Shown here in pieces: positions 62,332 through 64,000 of a DNA stretch of 64,000 bases. Positions within the stretch are counted from its first letter, which is position 1; every line of letters begins with the position of its first letter. The notes beneath the pieces were generated by a model. The model was not told the DNA's origin and did not search any database. It worked only from the letters and a program-made list of their open reading frames with translations. The position numbers and the translations under genes are program-made. Source of the stretch: Phoronis australis (lineage: Eukaryota; Animalia; Phoronida); NCBI GenBank assembly GCA_002633005.1, contig NMRA01000222.1, positions 525,635-589,634 on the forward strand, in the 5' to 3' direction.

Positions 62332-63799
62332 TCTATGGTGTTGGCAAAAGTTTGAAGTGTCAGAACCATAGACTGAGAGCGCTTGGTGTCTATAATGATT
62401 CCTGTTCTTCTTCAGTTGACGAAAAAATTGCTATCGGCATAAAGAACTTTCGTGAGAAATTAATTATGAGGTGTGCACCTGTATCCAAGAATAAATATTA
62501 ACAAGGACAGCACACAAACGCAATAGTTTGAAAGCGTATAATTATGTCTATATATATTATAGTGCCATGCATTTTTCATTAATTTATTACTCACGGTTTC
62601 GCTCCTGGTCTTCAAAGAAAACAATATTTAAAGCTACCTTTCCCTTCGTGTACTCCTCGATATCCTTCCCGTCGCACTCATCTATAATTTCAGGCAGCTT
62701 CTCAACGGAAAATTTAACGTATTTAATAAACGATAGCTCATCACTGAGTTTTCTCAAGCTCAACTGTCAAATCATTCGCTAGTTGTACTCTTAATACATG
62801 TATCTCACCTTCCGCGTTTCGTTTCTTTGACGTTGTTTGAGGTTGCAGTATCGTGGAACAACGCCGTAGGATGAGAGAAATTGCACCGGATAATTGGAAT
62901 TGGCTGCAGTTCTTTCCTTTAGAGTGCCCGGACTCAACTGCGTCGTTTTCTTGGCAAGTCACCTTGCCTGCCTAAATTTTTCTGAGCATTGAAGACATCG
63001 ACCTTCTCCTGCGCTAATCAAGCTTTTATCTGCTATAGAAATGTTACGCCTAATTTCCTACCATTTTAGCGCACTTTGTGGCTCTCAAGCATATCCCGGA
63101 CCTGCTGTAAGTCTAACGTTTGATAATTCGGTAAAAATCGCATACAGCTACAATTAGCAATGTCATAATCGCATTTCTTAATTCCGCCACAGTATGCATA
63201 CTTGGAAGTTAATTTTGCTTGGTGTTCTCCCAAATTAATCCACAACAGTTGTTCATCATTAAGAGAGTTCCGTCTACACAAAACGCTTCCTTGTCATTCT
63301 TCAACATTCGTGTATATGCGCTTGCTTCGAAGGACCTGCAGACGCCGTGGCTGGAATATCGGCAGCTTCACGACTAAGTCTACAGCTAACTCCTGTTGAA
63401 ATTCTTCATTCTTGTTTGCAGGTGCTAATAGTTGCCTTCAATGGTTTTCATAATAAGAGACTAGAAATCCGAGTTATCCCACACGCCCACTGGCCCGCTG
63501 CTGCCTTCCATTTTCACAGACCCTGCTACAGCTGACTTGCGCAATAGCCGAATTAGTGAGCACATTGTGGTCACGTGGCGGGTACAGGCCCATGAGACAA
63601 GTTGCAGCAACAAATTAAGTACAAATTCACAAAGTAACCCTCATACACACACAATTAAATGCGCAAAACTCCTCCTGTATTTCTTAAACCTTTAATTTAA
63701 TGCTCAAGCTATACAACGAGTGCGTGCTGAAACACAACATTGACCTTGGACCACCGATGGACTCCTCGCATCAGGATCTTAGTAAGCGGGGGAAAGGCG

Positions 63800-64000
63800 C
63801 TTGCCACCCCAAAAATTGCAGGCCTGAGGTTCAAACCGTGGTAATCGACAAAGGCGTGGGGCTGAGGAAAGACAAAAAAGAAAGACTGCGAATACTCATC
63901 AGAGAGAAAATTCAAGAGAACATTTGACAAATCTGTATCAGTGTATGATTTACCATTTGAGGTCCCTGGCCAGGGCAATCGTTTTCAGGGTACCCGTTTT
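63800..64000 (+). repeat. Dispersed repeat, copy 2 (homologous to 25505-25710)
   Basis: Colinear similarity to 25505-25710; runs off the window edge. Confidence 0.75.

Overview
Eukaryotic (invertebrate-like, AT-rich, two assembly gaps) genomic window, not prokaryotic. The one clearly intact host gene is a class-3 aldehyde dehydrogenase (ALDH3 family) on the minus strand. I reconstructed 12 phase-compatible GT-AG coding exons from 23178 down to 8433; the start exon is unresolved. Most of the rest is a dense, partly nested set of mobile elements. These are a TTAA-flanked Kolobok/THAP element with a nested TA-flanked MITE, two solo LTRs (one rich in heat-shock-element-like motifs), a degenerate Gypsy element, an Academ deletion derivative with ~1 kb modular TIRs, ISL2EU-like AT-flanked elements, a P-like relic and an L2/CR1-group LINE. 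The most notable is a 10.4 kb element (33390-43797) with ~115-130 bp TIRs and a 7-bp TSD. It carries an intron-rich CxC+KDZ (Kyakuja-Dileera-Zisupton) transposase gene and a possible second convergent spliced gene, and it is nested inside a TGTGAC-ended TIR element. All family assignments come from motif recognition by eye; no searches were run.
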